From Planctomycetota bacterium (GTDB lineage: Bacteria; Planctomycetota; UBA8742; UBA2392), in the NCBI GenBank assembly GCA_016722065.1, contig JADKGX010000002.1, positions 57,301 to 121,300 on the forward strand: a DNA stretch of 64,000 nt. Direction: 5' to 3'. The translations under genes and the position numbers were made by a program. The notes beneath the pieces were generated by a model. The model saw only the letters and a program-made list of their open reading frames with translations, searched no databases and had not been told where the DNA came from. Below, one piece after another: positions 20,872 to 30,801 of this stretch. Numbering within the stretch: position 1 is the stretch's first letter; each line of letters begins with the position of its first letter.

Positions 20872-22146
20872 TTACGCCTTCTTCTTCAGGCCGCGCCAGC
20901 CAATGTCTTTGCGGTAGTGCATCTTATCGAAGTGAATCTTTTCAATGGCGGCGTAGGCCTTCTTGCGGGCGTCTTCCAGGTTGTCGCCCAGCGCGCATAC
21001 GCTAAGCACGCGGCCGCCATTGGTGTACCACTGGCCGTCGACTTTCTTGGTACCGCCGTGAAACACCTGCACATCGGGCCCAAAATCGCTGTCCAGGCCC
21101 CTGATCTTGTAGCCCTTTTCAAAGTCACGCGGATAGCCGCCACTGGCCAGCACCACGGTAACTGCCGTGCGCGGGTCCCAATCCACGGAGACATTCTCCA
21201 ACTTGCCGTCTACGGCGGCGCTGAGAATCTCAAACAGGTCGCCACGCAGGCGCATCAAAATGCTCTGGGTTTCGGGGTCGCCAAAACGCACGTTGTATTC
21301 CAGCACCTTGGGGCCCTGGCGGGTCAGCATGCAGCCGGCAAACAGCGTTCCTACAAAGGCCACGCCCTCGCGGTTCATGGCATGCACGCTTTGCACAATC
21401 ACGTCGCGTTCGAGCTGCGCGTTCACTTCGTCGTTGATCTGCGGCAGCGGGCTGTAGGTGCCCATGCCGCCGGTGTTTTCACCCTGGTCGCCATCCAGCG
21501 CGGCTTTGTGGTCCTGCGCCAGGCACAGCGGAAGAATCGTGTGGCCGTCGGTGATGGCGTGAACGCTGATTTCCTCGCCCTGCAAAAAGTCTTCAATCAG
21601 CACCCGGCGACCGGCCTCGCCAAAGCGGTTCTTGACCATGGCTTCGTTGACGGCGGCCTCGGCTTGTTCAAATGTTTTGCAGACGGTCACGCCCTTGCCA
21701 GCGGCCAGGCCGTCGGCCTTGAGAACCACCGGGTAGTCGCAGTTCTTGAGGTATTCAATGGCAGGTTGGGGCGCGTCGTAGGTTTTGTGGCCGCCAGTCT
21801 GCACGCCGTGGCGGGACATGACTTCTTTGGCCCACACCTTGGAGCCTTCAAGCCGCGCGGCTTTCTGCACCGGGCCGTAGATGCGCAGGTGCTTGCGCTG
21901 AAAGTAGTCCGCAATGCCTGCCACCAGCGGGTCTTCGGGGCCCACGACAGTCAAGTCGATCTGGTTTTCACGGGCAAATGCCGCCAGCTCGGGCATGGCA
22001 GTCACTTTGATGTTCACGACCTTGGCCAGGCCGGCAATCGCATCGCTGCCAGGCGCGCAGAACACCTGCGTGACCAGCGGCGATTGCTTCAACTTCCAGA
22101 TCAATGCGTGCTCGCGCGCGCCACTGCCGATGACCAGGACCTTCAT
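20872..22146 (-). CDS. purD: Phosphoribosylamine-glycine ligase
   Basis: GSGAREHA, VVGPEDPL, LEGSK, KADGLAAGKGV, NTGGMG, EYNVRFGDPETQ. Confidence 0.98.
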   Translation of the reverse strand: MKVLVIGSGAREHALIWKLKQSPLVTQVFCAPGSDAIAGLAKVVNIKVTAMPELAAFARENQIDLTVVGPEDPLVAGIADYFQRKHLRIYGPVQKAARLEGSKVWAKEVMSRHGVQTGGHKTYDAPQPAIEYLKNCDYPVVLKADGLAAGKGVTVCKTFEQAEAAVNEAMVKNRFGEAGRRVLIEDFLQGEEISVHAITDGHTILPLCLAQDHKAALDGDQGENTGGMGTYSPLPQINDEVNAQLERDVIVQSVHAMNREGVAFVGTLFAGCMLTRQGPKVLEYNVRFGDPETQSILMRLRGDLFEILSAAVDGKLENVSVDWDPRTAVTVVLASGGYPRDFEKGYKIRGLDSDFGPDVQVFHGGTKKVDGQWYTNGGRVLSVCALGDNLEDARKKAYAAIEKIHFDKMHYRKDIGWRGLKKKA

Positions 22147-22901
22147 GGCTGCTCTCCGGGCCTCTGCTGCGCGTTGACGGCCACCATGGCCTGCAGGGCG
22201 CCCCGCTTTCCGGGGTCTACCGGCAACAGGATGACGAACCGCGTGCCCTTGCCCTCTTCCGATTCAAAGGTGATCTGGCCGCCGTGTTCTTGCACGATGC
22301 GCCGGACCATGGCCAGGCCCATGCCTGTGCCGCCCTTCTTGGTCGTGAAGTACGGGCGAAACATACGATCATGGTTTGAGGGTGCAATGCCGCAGCCTGT
22401 GTCAATCACCTCAATGCCCAGCACTTCGCCTTTGACGTAACCGCGCACGATCACTTCGCCGCCCTTGGCCGGGTCAATGGCGTCAAAGGCGTTCTTGAGC
22501 AGATTGAGAAGCGCCTGGCGCAGCAGCTTGGAATCGACCACGATGCCATCCAGCCGGCCGATGTAATCAAAGTGCAGCTCAATGTTGCGCGCCTTGGCCT
22601 CGGCGCCAAGAAACTCCAGAAGCTGCATCACCAGCTCGCGCAGGTCCGTCTGCACGACCTGCAAGTCATGGCCGCGCGCGAACTGCAGAAACTCCTGGAC
22701 GATGTCGTCCATGTGGGCAACTTCGCGCAACAGCAACTCCAGCTTGCGCAGGCTGCGGCGCGCGCCCGCCGAATCCTCCTTGCGCATGTCCTCTTCCAGC
22801 AGTTGCAGGGTCAGCTTGATCGTGCTGAGCGGGTTCTTGATCTCGTGTGCAAGCCCGCCCGCCAGGCTGCCCAGAAACTCCAGTCGTGACGCGTTGCTCA
22901 C
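22143..22901 (-). CDS. Histidine kinase (HisKA + HATPase only)
   Basis: LAHEIKNPL H-box, NLLKNA, DTGCGI, FTTK, GTGMGL; no N-terminal sensor. Confidence 0.9.
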   Translation of the reverse strand: MSNASRLEFLGSLAGGLAHEIKNPLSTIKLTLQLLEEDMRKEDSAGARRSLRKLELLLREVAHMDDIVQEFLQFARGHDLQVVQTDLRELVMQLLEFLGAEAKARNIELHFDYIGRLDGIVVDSKLLRQALLNLLKNAFDAIDPAKGGEVIVRGYVKGEVLGIEVIDTGCGIAPSNHDRMFRPYFTTKKGGTGMGLAMVRRIVQEHGGQITFESEEGKGTRFVILLPVDPGKRGALQAMVAVNAQQRPGEQP

Positions 22902-24250
22902 GGCTTTTGCTCCGGTGCTGGCTCGGGCTGGACCTCTGGTACTGGCTGGTCCGGGGTTGGTTGCGCCGGTGCGGGCGTGGCGCCTGCGGCGGCATCCAGG
23001 CCCAGCAGCCGCGCGCTGCGCTGCAACTGCGCGGGGTCAGGGTCGGTCGCGGCTTCCTTGAGGGCGACAATCTGCGGGTGCAGCAGCTTGTTCAGCATGC
23101 GTTCCATGCCGGCCAGAGTTTCCTGGCGGGCCTCTGGCGTCATGGTCTCCAGCTGCGGGGCAAGGCGTTCGATCTCGGCCTGTCGGGTGCTTTCCGCACG
23201 TTTGCGCAATTGCGCAATCAAGGGGCCAGCGGCGTTTGCAGAAACCCCGGCCAGGAACTTGTCGGTTTCTTCGCGGATGATTGCCGCGCACAACTCGAGT
23301 TCGCGGGAACGGGCCAGTGTGTGTTCGGCCACTACTTCTTCCAGGTCATCCACGTTGTAAAGGTACACGCCCTCAATGTCTGCGCAGTCGGCTGCTACAT
23401 CGCGCGGCACGGCAAGGTCCAGCACAAAGGCCGGCAGGTAACCGCGCTTCTTTTGGCTGCGGGCAAAGGCGGGCTTGTCCAGCACGACGTGGTCCGATGA
23501 AGTCTGGCAGATCACGATGTCGGCTTGGGGCAGGTAATCGTGCAGCAACTCAAAGGGCACCGCGTCGCCGCCAAAGCGCGTGGCCAGCTCTCGGGCGCGT
23601 TCCAGCGTGCGCGACAGCACGACCACGCGCCCGATACCGCGATCGCGCAGGTAGGTCAGTGTCAATTCGCCTACTTCGCCAGCGCCAATCAGCAGCGCCG
23701 TCTTGTTGCTCAGGTTGTCAAACACGCGGTCGACATAGCCCACAGCAACGGAAGAAATGCTGAGTTGCCCGCGCCCGATTTCGGTCTCGCTGTGCAGGCG
23801 CTTGGCCACGTGAAAGGCGCGGTGAAACAGTGTGTTCAGGGCCTTGCCGGTGGCGTTTTCGCTTTGGGCCAGCAAGTAGGCGCGCTTGACCTGGTTCAAG
23901 ACCTGGGTTTCGCCCAGCACAAGGCTGTCCAGCCCGCCGGCCACGCGCAGTACGTGTCGCACGGCATCGGCGCCGCGGTGAAAGTAGATGTGCTTGTCCA
24001 GAAACTGGGGCGAAAAGGAATGGTCGGCTGCAATCACGCCCAGAATGCGTGCGCGCGCGTCCTCGGCGGCTGAATAGGCACACACTTCCACGCGATTGCA
24101 GGTCGAAAGCACTACGACTTCATCGCACTGGGCGGTTTCGCGCAGAGCGCGCAGGGCCTGCGGAATGCGGCGGTCGGTGTATGCCAATCGCTCGCGCACC
24201 TCCAGTGGCGCAAACTTGTGGCTGATGCCCAGCACTACAAAGCGGTGCAT
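22898..24250 (-). CDS. hemA: Glutamyl-tRNA reductase
   Basis: LSTCNRVE, LDSLVLGETQV, IGAGE, DLAVPRD. Confidence 0.96.
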   Translation of the reverse strand: MHRFVVLGISHKFAPLEVRERLAYTDRRIPQALRALRETAQCDEVVVLSTCNRVEVCAYSAAEDARARILGVIAADHSFSPQFLDKHIYFHRGADAVRHVLRVAGGLDSLVLGETQVLNQVKRAYLLAQSENATGKALNTLFHRAFHVAKRLHSETEIGRGQLSISSVAVGYVDRVFDNLSNKTALLIGAGEVGELTLTYLRDRGIGRVVVLSRTLERARELATRFGGDAVPFELLHDYLPQADIVICQTSSDHVVLDKPAFARSQKKRGYLPAFVLDLAVPRDVAADCADIEGVYLYNVDDLEEVVAEHTLARSRELELCAAIIREETDKFLAGVSANAAGPLIAQLRKRAESTRQAEIERLAPQLETMTPEARQETLAGMERMLNKLLHPQIVALKEAATDPDPAQLQRSARLLGLDAAAGATPAPAQPTPDQPVPEVQPEPAPEQKP

Positions 24251-25155
24251 GGGGCCTCCTGCCACACAGCTGCACGGGGCGCGCCCCTGGGGGCGTGTTC
24301 GTTTTCAGCGCGGACAAACAGCGCCAGCCCGATGTATGTGCCCAGCACAAGCCCAAAGCCCAGCAGCACAAGGTACGAGTGGCGCCGGCCATGCAGCCAG
24401 CCGGTCAGTCGGCCCAGCGTGCCCGCCAGCAGCACCAGCCACAGCACAAGTGCCGTCAACACTTTGGGTGTCATGGCCAGCGCGCCCCATTGGTCGGCCG
24501 GAAAGGCGCCAAAACCAAGGGCAAAGCCCACCGTCAGCAGCGGCAGACCGACCCACAGGCACTGGTGAAGCAGCTTGCGCAGCGATTCCAGGGGCGGAAA
24601 GTGCCGGGCAAAGCCGGGCGTGTGGTGGCGCTTCAGCGCGCGTTCTTGAATCAAGAACATGCTGGCCGCAACGGCCGCCATGAAAAACACGCCGTAGGCC
24701 AGAATTGTAAGCAGCACATGCAGCACGACCATGGCCGACAGCGGCGAGCGTTCGTCAGCCACTTCAATCGTGCCGCCGGCCAGCAGGCTGACAAGAAAAA
24801 CTGCCGCCAGGGCCGGAAAGGCAAACCCGCCAAGCGCGGGCATGGGCTTGAGCCGTGTGGCGACAAAGTAGGCCCCGGCCAGGCACAGGGCCGTCAGTGT
24901 GATCACCTCAAACAGGTTTTGAAGCGGTGCCAGTCCTGCTTCCGCAAAGCGCGCACCGAAGTATATCAGCAAGGCCGCGGTCCCTGCCGCGCCGGTGATG
25001 TCGGCCCATTTCATGCGGGCGCGACCGGGTGCAAACAGCGCCACCAGGGCGATGATGGCGGCAATCACAAAGGCGGTAATCGCCGTGTGCAACGCCACCT
25101 GGGGCAGCAACCCGATGCCGCCGCTGGTGAACCGATGAAAGGTCTGCGCAAGCAT
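24235..25155 (-). CDS. ccsA: Cytochrome c assembly protein (CcsA/CcmC family)
   Basis: Multi-TM, LHV...FLIQERALK, PPLESL; adjacent to hemA. Confidence 0.7.
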   Translation of the reverse strand: MLAQTFHRFTSGGIGLLPQVALHTAITAFVIAAIIALVALFAPGRARMKWADITGAAGTAALLIYFGARFAEAGLAPLQNLFEVITLTALCLAGAYFVATRLKPMPALGGFAFPALAAVFLVSLLAGGTIEVADERSPLSAMVVLHVLLTILAYGVFFMAAVAASMFLIQERALKRHHTPGFARHFPPLESLRKLLHQCLWVGLPLLTVGFALGFGAFPADQWGALAMTPKVLTALVLWLVLLAGTLGRLTGWLHGRRHSYLVLLGFGLVLGTYIGLALFVRAENEHAPRGAPRAAVWQEAPCTAL

Positions 25156-25203
25156 GGCCGTTGATCCTGCGCGGGGGCGATCAAGCTGCCCGCCGCCGGT
25201 GCA

Positions 25204-26301
25204 TCATTGAAACACCTGGAACAGCAAAGACGCAAAGGTGGTGATTGGTGCCTGCTCGCGGATGTCCTCAAAACCGCTGCGCAGGGTGTTGATGGCATTG
25301 AGTGTGTCATTGAACAGCGAATCGTCGTTGAACAGCTTGCCGACCGTGCCCTCGCCGCGGTTGACCTTTTCAACCAGCGTGCCGGCTTCGTCGGTGGCGC
25401 GCTTGATGCTGTCCATCAGTTCCGGGGCCTTGGCAACGGCGGACTTGACGTTTTCGCCGGTTTCGTCGTCATTCAGCAGTACGCCAAAGAAGCCGCGGCC
25501 GCTGTCCACTTTCTGGACGATGTTCTTGATGCTGCGGCTGGCGCCTACGGTGTTGTCGCTGGCGTCTTCAATGTTGCGCACGATGTTTTTGAAGCGCAGG
25601 GCGGTGTCGGCGTCTTCCAGCAGCAGCGCAGCCACGCCTTCGCCACTGTTCATCTTTTCAGTGATGTCGCGCACGTTGCCCGTGATGCCGCGGGTGTCTT
25701 CGCTTGCCAACCGGATGTTCTCCGCGGTGGCTGAGATGTCTCCGGCAACTTTTTCGTCGCGCAGAATCATGCCCACGGGCCCGCGGCCATCCTTGACGTC
25801 TTTGACAATCGCGTTGACGTCCTTGATGGTGGCCACAGCGTAATCGATGCCTTCATTGATTTTGCCAATGCCGCGCCCGGCTGCCGTGAACAGGTCTTCG
25901 ACAATCTCGCCCCGAATGGTTGTTTCCGGGTCGTGGTCTTCTTTGGCTGACCCAAGGTAAAGGGAAATGGCCTTGCCGCCGAACACGCTGGCGGGAACAA
26001 TTTCCGCGTAGCAATCGGCCCGCAACTTGATGGCAGGGTCTAGCATGATGAACACATCAACGGTGCCGACGCCGGGGTCAACCACCATCTCCATCACGCG
26101 ACCCTTGGGCACGCCGCTGATCCAGACCGGGGCGTTTTTGTCCAGGCCGGCAACGCTTGGAAATTGAATGCGATAGCGCACTTCGCGGGTTTCCCAGGGC
26201 AAGCGGAAGCTGCCGTCGCCTTTGAGGCTCATGGCAAAGTACAGCGCCACGCCGACGCACACGAAAATCAGAATGCCGGCAATCAGGTCTCGGCTTTTCA
26301 T
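25204..26301 (-). CDS. mlaD: MCE/MlaD family protein with long coiled-coil
   Basis: N-terminal TM, VAGLDKNAPVWISGVPKGRV MCE motif, repeated GxGxxGxLLxD helical units. Confidence 0.88.
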   Translation of the reverse strand: MKSRDLIAGILIFVCVGVALYFAMSLKGDGSFRLPWETREVRYRIQFPSVAGLDKNAPVWISGVPKGRVMEMVVDPGVGTVDVFIMLDPAIKLRADCYAEIVPASVFGGKAISLYLGSAKEDHDPETTIRGEIVEDLFTAAGRGIGKINEGIDYAVATIKDVNAIVKDVKDGRGPVGMILRDEKVAGDISATAENIRLASEDTRGITGNVRDITEKMNSGEGVAALLLEDADTALRFKNIVRNIEDASDNTVGASRSIKNIVQKVDSGRGFFGVLLNDDETGENVKSAVAKAPELMDSIKRATDEAGTLVEKVNRGEGTVGKLFNDDSLFNDTLNAINTLRSGFEDIREQAPITTFASLLFQVFQ

Positions 26302-27227
26302 CGGGCGGTTCCTTCCTGGGTGGCTGGTGCGGCGGGCTGGGTCTGATTTGGCGGGTCTTGGCCAGCTGCTGCGACGTCTTGTGTTTCAGGTGTGCGGGCG
26401 CTTTGCATGCCGGGTGCGCGGCCGGTCAAAATGGCTGTAACACTGCGCTTGCTGACGGCGCCGCGCTTGCCGCCGGAAATGAAGTGCTGCACTTCCGGGA
26501 TCTCGCTGGCGCGGATTTCGTCAGGAGTGCCAATCTGGATCATCTTGCCCTGGTAAAACATGCCAATGCGATTGGCGATGTCGTAGGCACTTTCCATGTC
26601 GTGCGTCACGACCACCTGGGTCATTTTCAGCTTGTCGCGCAGGGCGTTGATCAGCTTGCCGATTTCATTGGCGATAACGGGGTCCAGGCCGCTGGTGGGT
26701 TCGTCGTACAGCACCAAGCGCGGGTCCAGGGCAATCGCCCGGGCCAACCCGGCCCGCTTGCGCATGCCGCCAGAGATTTCCGCGGGGTACTTGTTGCGGT
26801 CGTCCCACAGGTTTACGACTTCGAGTTTTTCCTGCACGACTTCGGCGCGGCGTTTCTTGCTCATGCGCGAGTGTTCAATCAGGGGCAGCTCGACGTTTTC
26901 AAGAATCGTCAGCCAGGCAATCAACGCGCCTGATTGAAACAGCACTCCGAATTTGCGGCGCATGATTTCAAGTTCATGCGGCGTCATGGTGGTGATTTCT
27001 TCGCCATCGACGCGAATGCTGCCTTCATCGGGCCGCATCAAGCCCACCAGGTGCCGCAGCGTGACCGACTTGCCGGTGCCGGAATAGCCGATGATCACAA
27101 AGGTTTCGCCCTGGCGAACGTCAAAGCTCAGCGAATCCAGAATCTGGCGACCACCCAGATTCTTGCGCACACCCGTGAACTCAATCACCGGGCGTCGTTC
27201 AAGCGAAGATGTCCGAACACTGGTCAT
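26298..27227 (-). CDS. mlaF: MlaF-family ABC ATPase
   Basis: GYSGTGKS, ISGGMRKRAGLARAIALDP, YDEPTSGLDP. Confidence 0.92.
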   Translation of the reverse strand: MTSVRTSSLERRPVIEFTGVRKNLGGRQILDSLSFDVRQGETFVIIGYSGTGKSVTLRHLVGLMRPDEGSIRVDGEEITTMTPHELEIMRRKFGVLFQSGALIAWLTILENVELPLIEHSRMSKKRRAEVVQEKLEVVNLWDDRNKYPAEISGGMRKRAGLARAIALDPRLVLYDEPTSGLDPVIANEIGKLINALRDKLKMTQVVVTHDMESAYDIANRIGMFYQGKMIQIGTPDEIRASEIPEVQHFISGGKRGAVSKRSVTAILTGRAPGMQSARTPETQDVAAAGQDPPNQTQPAAPATQEGTAR

Positions 27228-28006
27228 GCCAACCCCGAAATGAAGGTTTTGACCATCCTATAGAAGCTGGTCAGCAGGTAGTTGAAAAACACCGTCATGG
27301 TCAGCGCAATCACCACCGTGTTGCGGCTGGCCCGGCCCACACCCACGGCGCCGCCCTGGGTGCGCATGCCGTTGCTGCAGGCCACGGCCACCGCGACCAG
27401 GCTGAAGACAAAAGACTTCAGCAGGCCCCAGTAAATGTCCAGCGGGGCTGCGCCGCGTTCCGCAAAGCGCAGAAAGTTGTCCAGCGTCACGCCCAGTTGC
27501 ACATAGGCCACCAGCGCGCCGCCTGCAATGCCCACGCAGGTGCCAATGATTGTCACCATCGGGCCCATCACGGCATAGCCGATCACACGCGGAAAAATCA
27601 CATAGCTGATCGGATTGACGCTCATGACCTCCAGGGCATCGATTTCTTCGCTGACCTTCATGGTGCCGATTTCGGCGGCCATGGAACTGCCCACGCGGGC
27701 AATCAGCACAAAGGCCGTCATCCAGGGCCCCAGTTCGCGCACCATGGCCGAAACAATCACCAGTGCCACAAGGTTGGTCTGCCCGAAGCGGGCAAACTCG
27801 ATGCCGGTCTGCAGGGCAAACACCATGCCCACCAGCAGCATGAAGAAGCTGGCAATCGGCACGCTTTGGGTGCCAATGACGTGCATCTGGGTCAGGATCG
27901 CCCGGCGCCGGCGCCAAAGGTGGCCGATCATGCCCAGCGATTCAAGCAGCAGCACGAGCGTATAGCCCGCGCCGATGAACAGGTTCAGAAATGGGATCTT
28001 CTTCAT
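27224..28006 (-). CDS. mlaE: MlaE-family permease
   Basis: RELGP, ARVGSSMAAEIGTMKVSEEIDALEVM. Confidence 0.95.
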   Translation of the reverse strand: MKKIPFLNLFIGAGYTLVLLLESLGMIGHLWRRRRAILTQMHVIGTQSVPIASFFMLLVGMVFALQTGIEFARFGQTNLVALVIVSAMVRELGPWMTAFVLIARVGSSMAAEIGTMKVSEEIDALEVMSVNPISYVIFPRVIGYAVMGPMVTIIGTCVGIAGGALVAYVQLGVTLDNFLRFAERGAAPLDIYWGLLKSFVFSLVAVAVACSNGMRTQGGAVGVGRASRNTVVIALTMTVFFNYLLTSFYRMVKTFISGLA

Positions 28007-29577
28007 TGCCCAGCGCGAACCTTCAGGCCCCAGAACAGCCGGGTGTAACGGTCGTCGGGGCCATGGTGATATCCCAGCAAGCCATACAACAGGTCAAAGT
28101 CCTCGCGGTCGCCGGGCTGCGGCCCGTAGGGGTGGGGCAGCCGGTCTTTGGCCTGCTTTTCCACGTGCCAGTGAAACAGCGGCGCCAGTGACAGATCAAT
28201 GTGGTAGGGGTCCTGCTCATAGCTGAACATGCGAAACAGGGCCTGCACTTTGTCTTCTTTGGGGCCGGCAGTCACCGTAAAGAACTTGAAGAACGCGCCA
28301 TAGTTGGCGTCGAACTTGTCGTCATCGAACGGAAAGATGGAAAGCATCTCAAAGGTCACGCTGTTGTCCAAACCCTTGCGGTACTTGGCCAGCGGCCATA
28401 CGCGGATCAGGTCCTTGGTGCGGATGGTTCCGTCAGGTTCCGGCAGATAGCGCTTAAAGTTGGCAAAAAACAGCGGGAAGATCTGGTAGCGCGTCTCGGT
28501 GTATTCCGGCAACTGGTCTTCGTAATACCAAAACAGCGGCCAAAGCACGTTGATGGCCGTATTGGTTCCTGAAGCCGTCTTGCTGACGGAATAATCCCAA
28601 AGCGGCCACAGCCGATACTGCGTGAAGTTCTGGCCCTTGGCGTATCGAAAAATCGGCCAGAAGGCGTCAATGATGGTCGTGTCGGTCAAGTCTGCGCGGG
28701 TGTAACTGAACATCGGGTAGTTCAGGATAAACAGCGCGCTGATGTTCTTGGTGACGGCCGTGCTGGAGTAGCCAAACAGCGGATACACAAGCAGCGATTC
28801 GCGCGGATACTTGCGGTCCATGCGGTCGCGGTCATAGCGAAACAGCGGAAACAGCACGGTCCAGCGATCAGCCACGGGAACATTCTTGGTGCCGCCAGTG
28901 ATTTCGTCCTTCACTTCGCGCCAGACTTCGGTGCGTGAAAACAGCGGCATCACGCCATAGGTGCGATAGCCCGGGCCATAGCCCCACTTCACAATCGGAA
29001 ACGGCAGGTAATAGGTTACGCGGCCCTGGCGGCGCAGTTCCACATACAGCGGGAACATCACAAAGCGTACTTCGTCGTTGCCAAACACGCCTTTGAGGTT
29101 GCCGCCAAAGGGCGCCACGGCGAAGTGAGAACCCTCAATCGTGCTGTTGCCCCCAAACACCAGCGGAAAGAAAAAGTAATCCAGCTCGCGGTGGCCGGGC
29201 GAAAAACTCACGTCGTTCCACCACACAAAGGGCAGCAGGTGAAAGCGCGTTTCACTGCGGCCTGGCCAGCCCGGGCGTTCGCGCTGCCGAAAGCGGGCCA
29301 GCGGGTAAAAGAATAGCCGGTCTTCCTCAAACTGTGACGGGTTACTGGTGTAGACATAAAACGGCCGCACCGCCGTGCGCGTGTAACCATCGGCGCGCTT
29401 TTCGTGTTCGTAAAACGGCCCAGCCGCCCGTGTGTTGCTGGTGCCCTGCTGGTTGAAGTAGTCGTCGTAAAACGGCCATGCATAGGTGCGCGCCCCCGGC
29501 CGGTCGCCCACGGCGCAACTCCCAAGGCAGCACGCGGCCGCCAGAAGGATTGCTGCGGTCAAGACGGGCTTGCGCAT
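28003..29577 (-). CDS. Putative exported (lipo)protein, aromatic-rich, first gene of the mla operon
   Basis: Signal peptide with ...CLGSC lipobox-like end; recurring [LVFW]-[FWY]-P-[LIF]-[FW] motifs. Confidence 0.75.
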   Translation of the reverse strand: MRKPVLTAAILLAAACCLGSCAVGDRPGARTYAWPFYDDYFNQQGTSNTRAAGPFYEHEKRADGYTRTAVRPFYVYTSNPSQFEEDRLFFYPLARFRQRERPGWPGRSETRFHLLPFVWWNDVSFSPGHRELDYFFFPLVFGGNSTIEGSHFAVAPFGGNLKGVFGNDEVRFVMFPLYVELRRQGRVTYYLPFPIVKWGYGPGYRTYGVMPLFSRTEVWREVKDEITGGTKNVPVADRWTVLFPLFRYDRDRMDRKYPRESLLVYPLFGYSSTAVTKNISALFILNYPMFSYTRADLTDTTIIDAFWPIFRYAKGQNFTQYRLWPLWDYSVSKTASGTNTAINVLWPLFWYYEDQLPEYTETRYQIFPLFFANFKRYLPEPDGTIRTKDLIRVWPLAKYRKGLDNSVTFEMLSIFPFDDDKFDANYGAFFKFFTVTAGPKEDKVQALFRMFSYEQDPYHIDLSLAPLFHWHVEKQAKDRLPHPYGPQPGDREDFDLLYGLLGYHHGPDDRYTRLFWGLKVRAGQ

Positions 29578-29591
29578 GTGTGGGTTTCTGC

Positions 29592-30638
29592 CTAGCTGAC
29601 GGCTTGAAGTTGGGGTTCCACTGCGGCCTTGCGACGCCCAAGCAGTTCGTCCTGGGGCACGCCAACCACGCTTTCAAAGTGATCTGTAATCTCGTCGACG
29701 ATCTCGTGAAACTCCTCACGCGTGTTGACGCGTGTCAGGCGTGCCCGGAATTGCGGGCTGCCGGGAATGTCGCGCACATACCAGGTGGCATAACGCCGCA
29801 CTACCTGGCACGAAGTACCAACATCAAAAGTTTCTACCAGCATCTCAAAGTGTTCGCGCAGCACGGCCAGGCGTTCCAGTGGCCCCGGCGAAGGCGTAAC
29901 CACGCGACCGTGCTGCACCAGCTCGCTGATCTCGCGGAACAGCCAGGGGCGGCCCCACACGCCGCGGCCCAGCATCAAGCCGTCGCAGCCGGTCTGCTGC
30001 AGCACGCGCAGGCCGTCTTGCGGCTCCTTGATGTCGCCGCTGGCAATCACGGGAATGCGCAGTGCCGCCTTGAGTTCGCCCGTGCGATCGTGGTTTGCAA
30101 GGCCTGTGAACATCTGGGCACGGGTGCGCGGATGAATGGTAACGGCCTTCATGCCGCAGTTTTCGGCCATGCGGCCCATTTCAACAAAGTTCAGGCAGGT
30201 TTCATTGACGCCAGCGCGCATCTTGACGGTGACAGGGATGTTGACGGCGTTGACCATGGCTTCAAAGCACTTGCCAGCGCGCTCCGGGTACGCCATCAGT
30301 GCGCTGCCGGCGCCGCAGCGGCCGATTTTGGGCACCGGGCAACCCATGTTGAAGTCGATGATGTCGTAGCCTTCGTCCTGGGCCATTTTGCAGGCTTCGG
30401 CAAGCCATTGGGGGTTGTTGCCGGCAAACTGAATGCCCACCGGTCGCTCGTCGTCGCGGTAGTACTTCAGGGTCATCATCTTGCGGTTGTGGTGCAGAAA
30501 GCTTTCCACCTTCAGCATTTCTACATACACAAGCCCGGCGCCGTAGCGCTTGCACAGCACGCGATAGGCGCGGTTGCTGATGCCCGCCAGCGGCGCGGCA
30601 ACCAGATTGTTGGCAAGCTTCAAGGTGCCAATTTGCAT
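29592..30638 (-). CDS. dusB: tRNA-dihydrouridine synthase
   Basis: APLAGIS, DFNMGCPVPK, VTVKMRAG, IHPRT, ASGDI, MLGRG. Confidence 0.93.
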   Translation of the reverse strand: MQIGTLKLANNLVAAPLAGISNRAYRVLCKRYGAGLVYVEMLKVESFLHHNRKMMTLKYYRDDERPVGIQFAGNNPQWLAEACKMAQDEGYDIIDFNMGCPVPKIGRCGAGSALMAYPERAGKCFEAMVNAVNIPVTVKMRAGVNETCLNFVEMGRMAENCGMKAVTIHPRTRAQMFTGLANHDRTGELKAALRIPVIASGDIKEPQDGLRVLQQTGCDGLMLGRGVWGRPWLFREISELVQHGRVVTPSPGPLERLAVLREHFEMLVETFDVGTSCQVVRRYATWYVRDIPGSPQFRARLTRVNTREEFHEIVDEITDHFESVVGVPQDELLGRRKAAVEPQLQAVS

Positions 30639-30801
30639 GTCACAACCCTAACGGGCGGCTTGATTTAGGCCATACGACCCGGCAAGTATGAAAACAACGC
30701 ATGGGCGGTCAATGCAGGGACAGGCCGCTTGGCTGAAGTAACTTGGCGACAAATTCCGTATCATAGGGCGTCGCTTTTGGGGCAAGTCACGGAGATAGCC
30801 T

